From: Amoeboaphelidium occidentale
Taxonomy: Eukaryota
DNA: 42,381 nt
Reading direction: 5' to 3'
Assembly: GCA_023515795.1 (NCBI GenBank)
Contig: JALGPX010000099.1
Location: 1 to 42,381, forward strand
The notes beneath the pieces are model-generated. The model made no database searches. It saw only the letters and a program-made list of their open reading frames with translations, and was not told the DNA's origin. Below are positions 22,277-34,173 of this stretch, in pieces. The first letter of the stretch is position 1; every line of letters starts with the position of its first letter. The position numbers and the translations under genes were made by a program.

Positions 22277-24022
22277 ATGGCTACTCAAGCACAGAAAATG
22301 CAGCCACCAGCGGCTCCAGACAAGAAATCTGACTGTAATCTGCTTCTACCTAAGCTCAGTGGGGTTAGTGTTAACGAAAGCGCATTAGTGTTCAAGAAAT
22401 TCATCGGTCCTGATTCCTCGCTTGTTGGGCCGAGCGATGTTGTTGCTCCAGTCGCAGTAGCAGAAACGCCTTTGCCTACTTCAACTGAATTAGAGAAGCT
22501 GAAGATCGAGCTACAGGCTTTAATGAAGAGTACACAAGATAACGCTGCCATTATATCACAAGAATTTGAGAAGGCTGAAACGTTCATAAAAACAGAAGCA
22601 AAAAGGCAGGCTGATATGCCTCCTCCTATTCAAGTTGGCTCCGAAGTTGTTGTTTACGGACAAGGTACAGCTGATGCTCCGCAGTCTGCTTCATCTAATG
22701 CTCCTTCCTTAAAGCTTAAACTAAAAGCGCAACTGTTCGATAATGCTGCAGCACTAGATACTAAGCAAAAGAAGAAGGCAAAGAATCGCACTAATGATGA
22801 TGGAATACCTAAACGAGGTCGTGATGATGACTCTAGTTCAGTTATGAGCGGTGGTGGTAATTTCAAGAAATCTCGGCATGATGTTCACGGTGACGTCAAG
22901 AATGGTCCAGTTCAAGGTCATCCGGTAATCCCAGGAGCAGAAGATGCTGCGCAAAATGCTGAAAATATTCGCATCAAGCCCTCAAATCAAGTATCCAGTA
23001 TTACATTCTGGAATTATGTGGATCAAGTATTCAAACCGATAACCGAAGATGATCTTAAAGTTCTTGATCAGAATGATGTAAGTTTTATTTTTCGTTGCAC
23101 TAAACCTTTTCAGGATGACCCTACGCCCTTCATTATTCCACCTCTTGGAAAGCATTATCGACAAGTTTGGCTTGAAGAAGATCAGTCACTGTTTCCGCAG
23201 AATCATCCAGAAAATTCTCATGCATCAAAACTAACCGCCACATCTGAGAAAAAATCCAAGAAGAAATCTATAGTACCTCAGTTACCGCAGAACGAAGTCG
23301 AAAATACCTTTCTTGATGATCAAAATGCTGTCATTAAATCATACTCAGGTGGGCCTATATCGGAACGTCTTGTATCTGCATTAATCGAAGACAAAGAATC
23401 TGTTTCTACGACAGGAAATCCAGATATACCAGACATGGTTAGTGAAGCAGATGACATGGAGTCTGTTTCCTACAAGGAGCCTAATCGGGAAGAAGTGTAT
23501 TCTATTGAGCAAAGATTGAAACGAGAGTTGAAGTTCATTGGTTTACTAGATTCTGACCCAGAAGATGAGGTGCTTAATGAGAAAGAAGATGAAATAAGTC
23601 TTGAAATACGGCAACTACAAAGTGACCTGCGAAGGCTTATGGCTGTTAACAAAGAACGTAAACGAATTGTTCGGGAGAAGGCTGTTGAGCGTCTGGCTTA
23701 TCAAGAATATGGCTTGATTCTGAATGAGCTTGAAAAACAAATTGAACAAATGTTTGCAAAAAGGCAAAAGATTTACTCAAAGAAAAGGAAGCGTACTACA
23801 TCAACTGTTAATGGTCAGCACACGAATTCAGCTGAGCCGTTTGCCCCAACCAAAGTTCATCTTCCTGTGTTGGCTAGAAGGAAAAGAATGATACAGGATT
23901 TCGAACCAGTATTCCCGGAAGCTAAACTCAGGATGCCAACAGAATCCGTTTTCAAAGATGATGCTGTCGAATGGATCGCATCGTTATCAAAATCCTTTAA
24001 TTTACCTTCAAAAAAATCATGA
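22277..24022 (+). CDS. ADA3: SAGA/ADA complex subunit Ada3 (Ngg1); in-frame intron 23078-23113
   Basis: NQV...TFWNYVD..F.PITEDDL, FIIPPLGKHY..VW, ERLVSALI, EQRLKRELKFIGL, EDEISLEIRQLQ, LAYQEY. Confidence 0.88.
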   Translation: MATQAQKMQPPAAPDKKSDCNLLLPKLSGVSVNESALVFKKFIGPDSSLVGPSDVVAPVAVAETPLPTSTELEKLKIELQALMKSTQDNAAIISQEFEKAETFIKTEAKRQADMPPPIQVGSEVVVYGQGTADAPQSASSNAPSLKLKLKAQLFDNAAALDTKQKKKAKNRTNDDGIPKRGRDDDSSSVMSGGGNFKKSRHDVHGDVKNGPVQGHPVIPGAEDAAQNAENIRIKPSNQVSSITFWNYVDQVFKPITEDDLKVLDQNDVSFIFRCTKPFQDDPTPFIIPPLGKHYRQVWLEEDQSLFPQNHPENSHASKLTATSEKKSKKKSIVPQLPQNEVENTFLDDQNAVIKSYSGGPISERLVSALIEDKESVSTTGNPDIPDMVSEADDMESVSYKEPNREEVYSIEQRLKRELKFIGLLDSDPEDEVLNEKEDEISLEIRQLQSDLRRLMAVNKERKRIVREKAVERLAYQEYGLILNELEKQIEQMFAKRQKIYSKKRKRTTSTVNGQHTNSAEPFAPTKVHLPVLARRKRMIQDFEPVFPEAKLRMPTESVFKDDAVEWIASLSKSFNLPSKKS

Positions 24023-24279
24023 TTAGCATTTCAAAAAACCATATTCTTGTTTTAAAAATTACAAAAAATCCTATTTCGTTATTATTGTGTATTGAATGGA
24101 AATATCGGCTAAAGTCTCAACAGGAATCTTTGTTGTACAATCATGTCCGTGTTTGCTGGTTGTTAACTAAACGAAATAGACATAAATTTTTATGCAAATA
24201 CGCTTTCTGTTCGGTCTCGAAAAGCCTCTTTGTCGTGTATTTATTCTTTTGCGGATAAAGCAAGGTAGTGCTGATAATC

Positions 24280-26126
24280 CTAATCGATCTTTACTGTCGC
24301 ATAAATCTTCTTGACAAACAAACTTGCACTCAAATAACCTACAGAGCCACACATTATAAGGAGCCCAAAGCATATCACCGCTGTGTATCCAAAGTAAAAG
24401 CTAGTCTGAAATAGACCATACATCTTTGTTCTTGCGAAGAAGTAATAAATAGCATACAGATAGACATATAATGAAATTGATCCACCAGTTAAAAACGTAA
24501 TCCAATGCCTAAACAATAAGACCTTCTTACTTTCAAAATTACCATTTATGATCTTCTGCATTCAAAGAGAAGTAACATGCAACTATTGTGACACAAGACG
24601 TAACAATCCATAAAATCAGTAGGACAAGGAACATGAACCCATACACATAGTAGATCTTGTATGCCCAAAACGATGTGAACACAAAGTACATTTCGATAAA
24701 AATGGACCCAAATGGAAGCAAACCTCCTACCAACATAATTATCAATGGTTCACCATACCAAGGTTTTTCTGGTATTGGCCTTGGAATCGGGTTGACTCTG
24801 GTTGGAAAATGTGGCTGACCATTCCAGTTACGCCCTATAATTGTTCCTACTAAAGTAAGTGGGAACACTAGGAAAAGCCAAATGCAAATGACCGCAATCA
24901 TAGTTCCAAACGGAATTGCTTTAGTGCTAGAGTAATAAATTGCCACGAAATTAATCAACAACGAAGCAGCAGACACTAATCCTGGCCATAGTCCAGCAGT
25001 TAAAAACATTGTAGATATCCAACTTTTGCCACCATATTGAGAATAGTGACTTCCGGAAACATATCCTGCCGCAATTGAAGTCAAAGCGTAAAGAAAGATG
25101 GTTGCAGTTAATATACTAGCTCTTTCAACGTATAAATCTCCAATAATGGTATATAAAACAACCATTACAGCCAACAAGCAAAGCTGTACACCAGACCCAT
25201 ACAAAGCACTGAAGAGACTCAAATTACTTGGAGACCTGAAAACATCGCCATGAATTAGTTTCCAACCATACTCATCTCCAATTTCCTTTTCCTACAGAAG
25301 AACATTAACCGGAACTGGATTAAAGTCTTACCAAATCCCCATAATCCTCCTCTTTGTCGTATCGTGCCAAGTCCAAACGAAGTGTGCGCAGGAAAATGAT
25401 TGCGACAAACACCGTCAAGAATATGACCATCATGAATGAGTTGAAAATGGAAAACCAATGAATCTTGTGCTCAAAGAATTCAGAGTCCAGATAACGGTCA
25501 AATCTATCCTCAAAGCTGTCCTTTGTAGGAATCCACTTGACAGAATATGTAAACTTTGGATAAGTTTTTGCCTTAGCTCCAGTAGCCAAAGAGTAACGAT
25601 TGCCCATAGTCAAATTTACAGCAATGATCTGATCTTTGTTATAGGAAAATACATAGTCCATGTGAGTGTATAAGTAAAGGGCATTGTTATCAGCCTCATC
25701 AACTTCACCCACAAAAGCACCAATAGGCAAATTATCAACGTACATGCTGAACCAGTAATAATTGCCAACAGCGTATCGAAAAAGCTGGAGCTGCTTTGAT
25801 GTAAGCTCTTTTGGAGTATCTGACTCTGAGCACACTGTTCCATTCTCAACAACTTCCTTAAAATGGATCTCTATACCGGAATTCACAAGCGACATTCCAA
25901 CGAGGGCCTCTCCCAGTGTTTCATGATGGTGCGCATGTTCCTTTGCTCCTTTACAATAAGGCAGCTGAAAATACTCATAAGTTTCTTGTCGATTTGCATA
26001 AGGCCCAACGGAATTGGCCCAGACTATAACATCGTCTCCAGGCTTGTATAAGTGGTCATGCTCATCAGCCATACTGACACTGCAAAGTAAAGCCAAGAGG
26101 GCTGAGAAGTATCGGAATTGTCGCAT
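24280..26126 (-). CDS. Transmembrane 9 superfamily member (TM9SF3-like); introns 25292-25331 and 24509-24542
   Basis: Signal peptide, [38 protein letters not shown]-terminal IYATVKID. Confidence 0.92.
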
Positions 26127-26251
26127 AATGATTAACAGTAGAATCCTCTAAACAGAATTTAAGTTTTCAAGCAACTTCTGTTCCGTCCCAACAAAGCACG
26201 AAAAATAACAAACCGGTCGGCTCCATTTTCTGCAATAAAACACTGCGACGT

Positions 26252-28022
26252 ATGACTGAAAGTGAATTGGGAACAAACGGAACTTCTCAAGGTATTTCCT
26301 GACTGTTAGGCCTCATGGTTTCTAACTTTGCGCAGAGTCTCCGGAGGCCTTGAAACAAGAGACTGCGGAAGCAATGAGTGATGACGACGACGGAATGTTC
26401 GATGATGATTTAAATGATGCACTTATGAGCGTTGATGAAGCTTCTTTAAGAACACCCTCAGTTGCTCAAAGTCAAAGTCATTTGCTTTCTCAGCCGATGG
26501 TCGATAAGTCTGAAGCTGCAACGCCAATGCGCCCATTGCAAAACTTCAGGGGCAGCCTTTCTACTACACAAAAATCTTCCGTTGAAATGTCTCAAGCTCC
26601 GTCTACATTTAATATGGCTGATTTCGACTTGTAAGTTCGTGTTTCATGTTGGCTTTGATTGTTTCAGGGGCGAAATCGACAAGAATAACATGCCAGAGCT
26701 GATGAGGCAGTATTATGGGCGCTTCTTTCCTTATGGTCGTTTTATTGAGTGGCTAAGTTATGGTGATCGAGACAAGTTGGCGCAAAGAGAGTTCAGTTTC
26801 ACCATCAGAGTTCCGTTCCAGAAGGACGAAGAAGTTTACTTGAGATACTTATCGTACTCTTCAAAGAATGAATTCAAGAATGATTTAATTAAGAAAAATC
26901 CTGAGAAGATTGATATTGGTGCTGTGTTCTCTGCGAGACCAAAGACCAAGAATGCATTGCGACCAGGAGCATTTAAACCTGTTGAAAGAGAGTTGGTCTT
27001 TGATATTGATATGACGGATTATGATGCTGTAAGAACTTGTTGTAGTGGTGCAGATATTTGTAATTTATGTTGGAAATACATGACGGTTGCTGTAAAGATT
27101 TTGCACAGAGCCTTGACTGAGGATTTTGGTTTCAAGAATCTGCTCTGGGTTTACAGTGGTCGTCGTGGTGTTCATTGTTGGGTTTGTGATGAGAAGGCTA
27201 GAAAGCTTTCAGAGGAAGCCAGAAAAGCTGTGGTTAATTATCTCGAAGTGATCAAAGGAGGAGAAAAGAAGGAGAAGAAGGTTTATTTCCCTCCAGGTTC
27301 TCTTCATCCTTCCATTCAAAAATCATTGAAAGTGCTTGAGAAGTACTTCAGTGAAATCTTTTTGGAGGACCAGGATATTCTATCTTATCCGGATAAAGAG
27401 AAAATGTTCCTAAACATTATGCAGGATGAAAAGATGCGAATCGAGTTGGAAACTGAATTTGATGGTTTGAATGATTCCAAAGATAAATGGCATGCCTTTG
27501 TAAAGTACCTTGCTAATAACCAAGAAAAGAAAACTCAACAGCTTCGAAATGAAATTGTGTTTCAGTATTTGTACCCTCGCCTGGATGCTCAAGTCAGTAT
27601 GCATTTAAATCACTTGCTCAAGAGTCCATTTTGTGTTCATCCAAAGACAGGAAAGGTTTGTGTTCCGTTTAGGGCTGAAAATGCTGATCAGTTCGATCCT
27701 CTGAATGTTCCGACTGTTTATGGGTTATGTCAAGAAATTAATGATTACAACTCTAAACATGCAGGTGATGATCAAGCAAAGAAGATTCCAGGTAATTTTT
27801 AGTGGTTTCGCTCATATTTGTAGATTGGCAAAAGACTTCATTGGTTGAGTACATGAAGATAATGGATGAGTTTTTAGTTGGTCTAAAGCCTGAGATCGAG
27901 GCAAATTTGAAAAAGAGAACGAGTAAGCTTAGTATAACATGAGGTGCTGATTTTTAGATGTCAAAGAAAAGCAAGCAAGCGATGAATGGATGAGAACGCC
28001 TTTGAAACAAGTTCCAGTTTAA
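26252..28022 (+). CDS. PRI1: DNA primase small subunit; introns 26292-26335, 26631-26667, 27792-27823 and 27923-27957
   Basis: REFSFT, KIDIGAV, ELVFDIDMTDYD, YSGRRGVHCW, HLLKSPFCVHPKTG; five exons splice in frame. Confidence 0.92.
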
Positions 28023-28040
28023 TTCGGCTAATATAATCTT

Positions 28041-28913
28041 TCAAAGCTCGATGTTAAAGATTAAAAGAATTATCGGGAGTGCAATAATCGTGAGACCAAT
28101 TCTAAACAAATTATTCATGATATTTGAAAAGATTACCCTAAAGACAAATACGAAGTACAACCTCCTCCTCCTGTTGGGTTGAAAACATTACTCGAACCCA
28201 AAATCTTCTTGACACGAGGCAATTTAGGGATGATTAACAAAACCGAAATAACGTAAGATAATAGCGTCGGAAAGTTTCCAAGCAATCTCTTGGGACCACA
28301 ACCCAAAAGATAAAACGCTGTGAGAAACAACGGAACATAAGAAGTAAGATATGCGGAGTACGTAGAGGCTCTAGTGATCAGATCAACATGCTCATATAAC
28401 TTACGCTTCGTCGTAGCTGCCGACTTGTTCATTTTCGTAATCTGTGAAATTAGTCCAATTGCTTTTGCCGGTAACGAGTCTGATCAAAAGCACCAAACCT
28501 TTGTTGTAACCAGGAAGCCCTTGAGTAATGCTTTGATAAGGCCTAGGGAACGCACTTTCAACGCCTCTAAACCCAGCATAACAGCTCTTTAGTACAGCTG
28601 CGATGAAAAAGATCACTGTCGCGATATAGAAGTACAAGTACACCTGATACCACAATCCCAACATATTCACGAGATCATTATTGGAGCGAGGATAACATAT
28701 TTCCGTGCTAACAACTGGCTTCCCGTAGGATCCACTGCCGCTACTAGAGTTCGTTCCATCTTGAAATAGAATGATTCCTCTTTGAACAGGCGCCAATGTC
28801 TGTTGCATGAAGTTATAACTTGAGTACAAACCAGTGATCTCCAGACCAAAGAACACCAAAGCAATAAGGAAAGATAGGACACCTGGGACCTTGAAAGACG
28901 AAGACTTGGGCAT
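28041..28913 (-). CDS. Uncharacterized multi-pass membrane protein, paralog 1; introns 28371-28404 and 28102-28136
   Basis: Spliced frame ends GIGLTIIALPIILLIFNIEL*; about 5 hydrophobic segments; intron positions shared with paralog 2. Confidence 0.8.
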
Positions 28914-29259
28914 TGATTAGTATCACTAAAAAGGTGTTCTCCGTAACAACCGTCAGTCTTACTGTTTTATTTTTAGCACAAGTCAAACCTCCGGCCGCTT
29001 TAAAATGACCTAGTCCTCCACTTAAGAAAATCAGTTGTCAAGCACCCCTGGTCAAATGGCAGGGTTGTCTGAAGTGATAAAGATGTTAGAGAAGTCGCGA
29101 TCATACAGCAATTTCCTGTATTGGATCCGGGTTCAAACCAAACGAATAAAGATACATTCCATTCTAAAATATTCTGTATCGTCTAGACAGCTGCTATCAG
29201 ATTCTTTCCGTTTATTTCAGGATGACACCCATATTTTAACACCAACGCAGCAAAACCTC

Positions 29260-30131
29260 TTAATAAACTTGAATGTTGGCGGCTAGAACGATCACTGGCA
29301 TTACTACCACAACTGAAAGAATACTAAAATTGTCAGAACATTCATATGAACTTACAATAATTGTATCACTGATAATTGACATAAACTCGACGCTCTTAGC
29401 CGTCCACTGAATCCCATGGCTACGAGCAATGTTGGAACCTTTTGAATAAACAGTATAACAGACAGGATGTATGATAATAAGGAGGACGTGTTTCCTAACA
29501 ACCTACTTGGACCACACGATAACAGATACCAGGCCATGCAGAATAGTGGTACCAAAGTGCTAACATATGCTGTGTAGTATGATGATCTAGAATAATCAGT
29601 AGCAGAGATTATCACTTACGCATTATCGTAGCTTACAACAGCAGATGTTTCAGAATTATCAAAGTCAAGCCAGTCAGACTTTCCAGTCAGTAATCTTAAG
29701 ATTAATATCAAACCCTTGCTGTACAAAGGAAGACCCTGTTTCAAACCTATATATTCACCAGGGAACGCAACTTTGAAACCTTTGAATACAGCCACGAAAC
29801 TTTTATACAGCATTGATATAAACAGTATAACCCCAGCTACAAAAAACACCAAGTACAGGAAATAGATGTTATTCACTTGATTTGCGAAGGAGTTGAAACG
29901 TGGTGGATAGCACAAATTGGTACTGATCACCTCATTAGTGGCCGCTTTATCGGTTCTTGTTATGTTCGTTCCGTCTTGTAACAAGATGATGCCTCCTTGA
30001 AGTGGAAGTAAAGTGCCTTGCATGAAGCTGAAGTTAGAGATCAAACTAGTGATATTGAGCACAAAGAACACAACGGCCATTATAAATGGCGCAGCAGCTG
30101 CGACCCTTCCAGTGAATGTCTCGCCCTTCAT
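29260..30131 (-). CDS. Uncharacterized multi-pass membrane protein, paralog 2; introns 29587-29619 and 29324-29355
   Basis: Spliced frame ends FILSVVVVMPVIVLAANIQVY*; shares GIIL.QDGTN, ST..CYP, AFP..Y....QGLP.Y.KGL.L..RL.TGKS.W, VPLF...YLL.CGP.RLLGN with paralog 1. Confidence 0.8.
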
Positions 30132-30321
30132 ATCAGGAAGGCTTGGAGGTCAAATCTAAAAATAGCGCATTCGATTAAAGCGGGGTAATTGATTCTGGGT
30201 AAAGGAAAGAGCACTACTGTTAGTATTTTAAGATGCTTTAGCACTTAATTTGATCATTTGAGTGATATTTGCGCCGCGACTGTTTCGTTTAGTTTTCTGT
30301 ATCAAGCAAACAATCTTTTCG

Positions 30322-31731
30322 ATGGATGACCTCAAGAGCTGTTTCATTTGTGGCATGGATTTAATGGAGCTGCCCGGGCCTTCTGCCAGAGAGCTTCATC
30401 TTAATGAATGCCTGGATAAGCCTCAGACGAAAAAGACTGAAAGGAAGAAAAGTTTTATTAAACAAAAATCTATGGACTTTGGTGAAGATGTTAAAGTTGG
30501 CAAAGAAGACCAAAATTCTGAAATGCTCCCGGTATACTGCCCGTCTTGCTCTGTAGCAACCGTAGATTTAAAGATCTCCAAACAGAGTGCCATGTGGGTT
30601 CACATGAAGCAATGCACAAAGAAGAACAAGGTCGATATCGCTCAGGTAATATCGGATTTACAAGGTATGAGAGAAAATGGTCAACTTATATCGGAAGCTG
30701 AGATATCAGGGAAAATATCGTGTGTGAAGCAGAAGACAAAACAGCTGAAACTGGTTGCGAAGGCCAAAGAAACGCTTCGTTTTGATGAGGTTATGCAGTA
30801 CTCAAGTGATGATGACTTTGCTGCAACTTCTATTATTAAGCGGAATAGTGTTTCACTCAAAAATAACGCAGATAAGAAGGATCCCGATTTACAGTTGGCT
30901 TTAGCGTTATCTGCTTCAGATGCTCCTGCAAAGACAAAATTAAAAAAGAGGAATTCCGAAGAGATGTGTGCCGTACTGCCAGCAGAAGAAGCTCAAATGC
31001 TCGCTTCAGGGAATATCGCGGAAATCTTAATCGCTTCTGAGCAGAGTCCTGCTAAGAAACGATCTCAAGCAAAATCTCAAATACGAACAACAAATGGCAA
31101 ACGATTTTTGTGGGATGTTGCCAAGCTGAAAGAAGGAAAAGGTGAAAAGTTTTTGTCAAGCATTGTAGACCATTTAAAGGAAAATTTAGAGGTAATTTTC
31201 GTGTATTGTTACTGAATTTAGCCATTCGAAGAGCAATTTAGAGAGATCGAATTAGACATGGACGATGAAAATAACATTGAAGCAATAAGTTTACTCTTTG
31301 AAGAACTTTACTTATCATTTAACAAAAGCCTACAAAGCTTTGGAATGAAGCTTTCTAAACTATCCAAGAAAAAGCCTTTGACTAAAACTACACAGAAGCC
31401 TGCAAAGGTTTTGAAATTTAAGAAAGAAGTTGCAAAGTCTGAAATAGTGTCCTCAATGGATTTAGAAGATATGAATATGCTCTCTATTGAAAACCAAGAC
31501 GACGATCTTGATTTAAAGATTACAGAGATCTTGAAGAATGATAAGGATACTTATGAAAAGATTCTCATGTATGAGCAGATCGAAATTAATCAAATTAAAG
31601 AGAAACTAGAAGGAAATGGAATTAAGCTTACAAAAAAGAGACTCCAAGAGTACCTTGATCTGCAGTCATTAACTTACACGGATGAGATGAAATCGTCATG
31701 GAAGTCAAAACGAACTCAAAAGAAGAAATGA
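30322..31731 (+). CDS. SLX4: Slx4-like structure-specific nuclease scaffold (459 aa); intron 31192-31221
   Basis: N-terminal UBZ4-like CFIC...HLNECLD and CPSC...HMKQC; LQLALALSAS and LWDVA (MLR-like); C-terminal YEKILMYEQI...LQEYLDLQSLTYT (Slx1-binding domain-like). Confidence 0.75.
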
Positions 31732-31779
31732 AAGACTTCTAAAAGACGGTTTTTAATTGTAATTAAGTATTTAAATCCA

Positions 31780-33882
31780 TTACTGTGCCATTTGATCATC
31801 TTTTTCATCGTTTTGAGGGCCCGCACCACGAGTCAAGTCTTCAGTACTTCCATCCCCGACTTCGCTTTCGGCATTGTCGGGATCGTCTTTCCTACCGCTC
31901 CTCCTCTTCTTAAAAGGGTGATCGTTAGATGGAGCCAAAGCATTACTTTGATTATCCGGTCTAGAAGAACCGTCTGTATTGTTTGTCTGAGCTGACTTCT
32001 TTTCCTTTTTTGGTGGTCGTTGTTGGCCTTCCTCATAAACATCGTCTGGAACACATCCACTAAACAAGTTAACACCAGAAAAGAAGGAGCAAACCGTTTT
32101 AGATACTTGACACAGATTCCCATAGTCTCTTGATCATAAAGTTCCCATGACTTGCAAATTTTTGTAAATTCACTGGTTGGCCATGTAATGTCCAGTTTCC
32201 TATTCTTACCAGCATCTCCCTGTTCACCAGCACTGGCACGAGGGACATGTAATCCTATATAAAACGTAGTAGTATGTACCGTTTTGTAAGGCTCTTCGCC
32301 TTCATTAAGTTCCTCTGTTTTACCATTCGGGTCTTTTGCTTTGTCATCATAGAATATTCCTCTGCCAGCTTCCATTGCTTCATGGTCAGACTTGCAATGA
32401 ACAGTCTTTTCAAAAGCTTTCGTAAAAGGATGAGCAAGGCCTAAATTCTCAACAACTTCCAGTTTCAAGACGAAATGTCTCAGTCTCGATTCAACCATAG
32501 CAGCCCTAACAGTTAATCAACCTCATAAATTATAAAATGTTTTACCATTTTCTCTGAGTATCTAAAGAGTCCGAAGACACAATTACTTGTAAATAATATT
32601 TGTATTTCAAAAAGAAATCAAGTTTTCGGAAAAGATCTCTCCATGGCCTCTCATTGTTCATTATTTGCTCACACAAAGCAGCTGATTCCATTAACTCATC
32701 AGTCATAATCTTTAGTGTGGAAGCTGTGACATTGTGCGTTGCACACATGGACGGATAAGCCGGTGTGATGATGGGCATCCTGTGAGCACGATCTCCAGGA
32801 TATATCTTTGGATTCCAAACACGAACTTGCAATGGACCATCCTCGATATTCTTTAACAATACAGGTTGTGGCCAAGGCCATCTGCCAATAATCCTAAAGA
32901 ATTTGCATACTACCGCAGACGCAGTATAATTCGGATACAACTGACAAACCCTCGCAACCAACATAGCCCATGCTACACCACCAAGAAATCCCATAACGTT
33001 AGAGTAGATTCCTCTTCGTTTTGCCCATAACTTTATACAGCGAAGAGCTAACCTGAATGTAGGAATGTTCGGAACAAGTCGCAGAATTTCATCAGTGACC
33101 CGAGAACCATTAAGCGATCTAACATCCCTCTCATCCAAATTCATTAGCAATTTATCATCACGCAGTTCCAATGAGTCTGGAACAGAAGACAAACCCAACC
33201 GGGCGAAAACTAAATCAATAGGAATCATATCAAACAACATTTTGATCACGGGGACATAAGCATCAGGAACAGCTGTGATCTCAGTGATTTCCTTTGTATT
33301 CTTTAGCACCTCATGAAATGTTGAAAAGAAATCTTCCCTTTGAACGTACTTTGGCACAACGCAAAGTGTATCGATATCAGCACCTTTTAGTAATTAAACA
33401 AATCTTGCTAAAGAAGAAAAACAATACCTGCGCCATGCACTCCGAGTCTATAAGAACCAAAAGTAAAAATCTTTCCTCCAGCCTCATTTGCCACAGCTTC
33501 AGGCAAATTCCTGGCCAAACTCACAGTGCGCACAAAGTCCTTCACCATCGTATTCAACCTTGCCAGCACAATTTCTCTACAGAAAATTCCCACAAGTAAA
33601 ACATTTCATAAGCGCAAAATACCTTCGACGGCTCTCTTCCTCCGACTCAAATACATTCATTTCGCGTAGGGTGCTCAAAAGCAAATCGGTCTGCTTCAAA
33701 TCTTCCGGTGTCGGCTCAGCAATGTCCACAGCTCCAGTAACTCCGAAATGAAGATTCCCACGGCTCTGTGGAGGATTAGAAGATGACGAAGATGATGAGG
33801 CTGCATTGTTGGAATTTATGGAGTGTTGTTGCTGCTGCTGCTGCGAATGATGATTTGAGTATGTCATGAAGTTCTGTTGCAT
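31780..33882 (-). CDS. PAP1: Canonical poly(A) polymerase; introns 33577-33622, 33384-33427, 32506-32545 and 32060-32094
   Basis: FTFGSYRLGVHGAG|ADIDTLC, DAYVPVIK, RSLNGSRVTDEIL, MPIITPAYPSMCATHNV. Confidence 0.95.
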
Positions 33883-34173
33883 CGGACAATTCTCGAGCGA
33901 GAGAAAAGGATTGCGATCCAGAGCTTAAAGTTTACTGGAAATATCAACGGAAGCTGAGGACCCACAGAAAGTTTCAATAGGTAGAAATAGAAGCTGAGCG
34001 CCCTGACTGAAGTAAGCCGCGTGCCTTGAGCTTTGATCGATTATTGTTCACGTTTAAGCTTTGTGTCTCTCTAAGCCGTAACACACGACACTGCAAAGCA
34101 CGGCCATTAGCATTTAAGAAAGTTTTAAGTTTCAATAAATACAAATCTCTTATCAGCCTGTTTTGACTTCGAC

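Noticed and set aside
24023..24279. Longer intergenic tracts (also 28914-29259 and 33883-34173) as possible tRNA or snoRNA loci
   Set aside because: No cloverleaf, A/B boxes or convincing C/D or H/ACA structure seen by eye.
29587..29619. Apparent stop-codon readthrough between abutting in-frame ORFs 29616-30131 and 29352-29615
   Set aside because: The TAA lies within a 33-nt GTAAGT...TAG intron whose position matches the 34-nt intron of the paralog.
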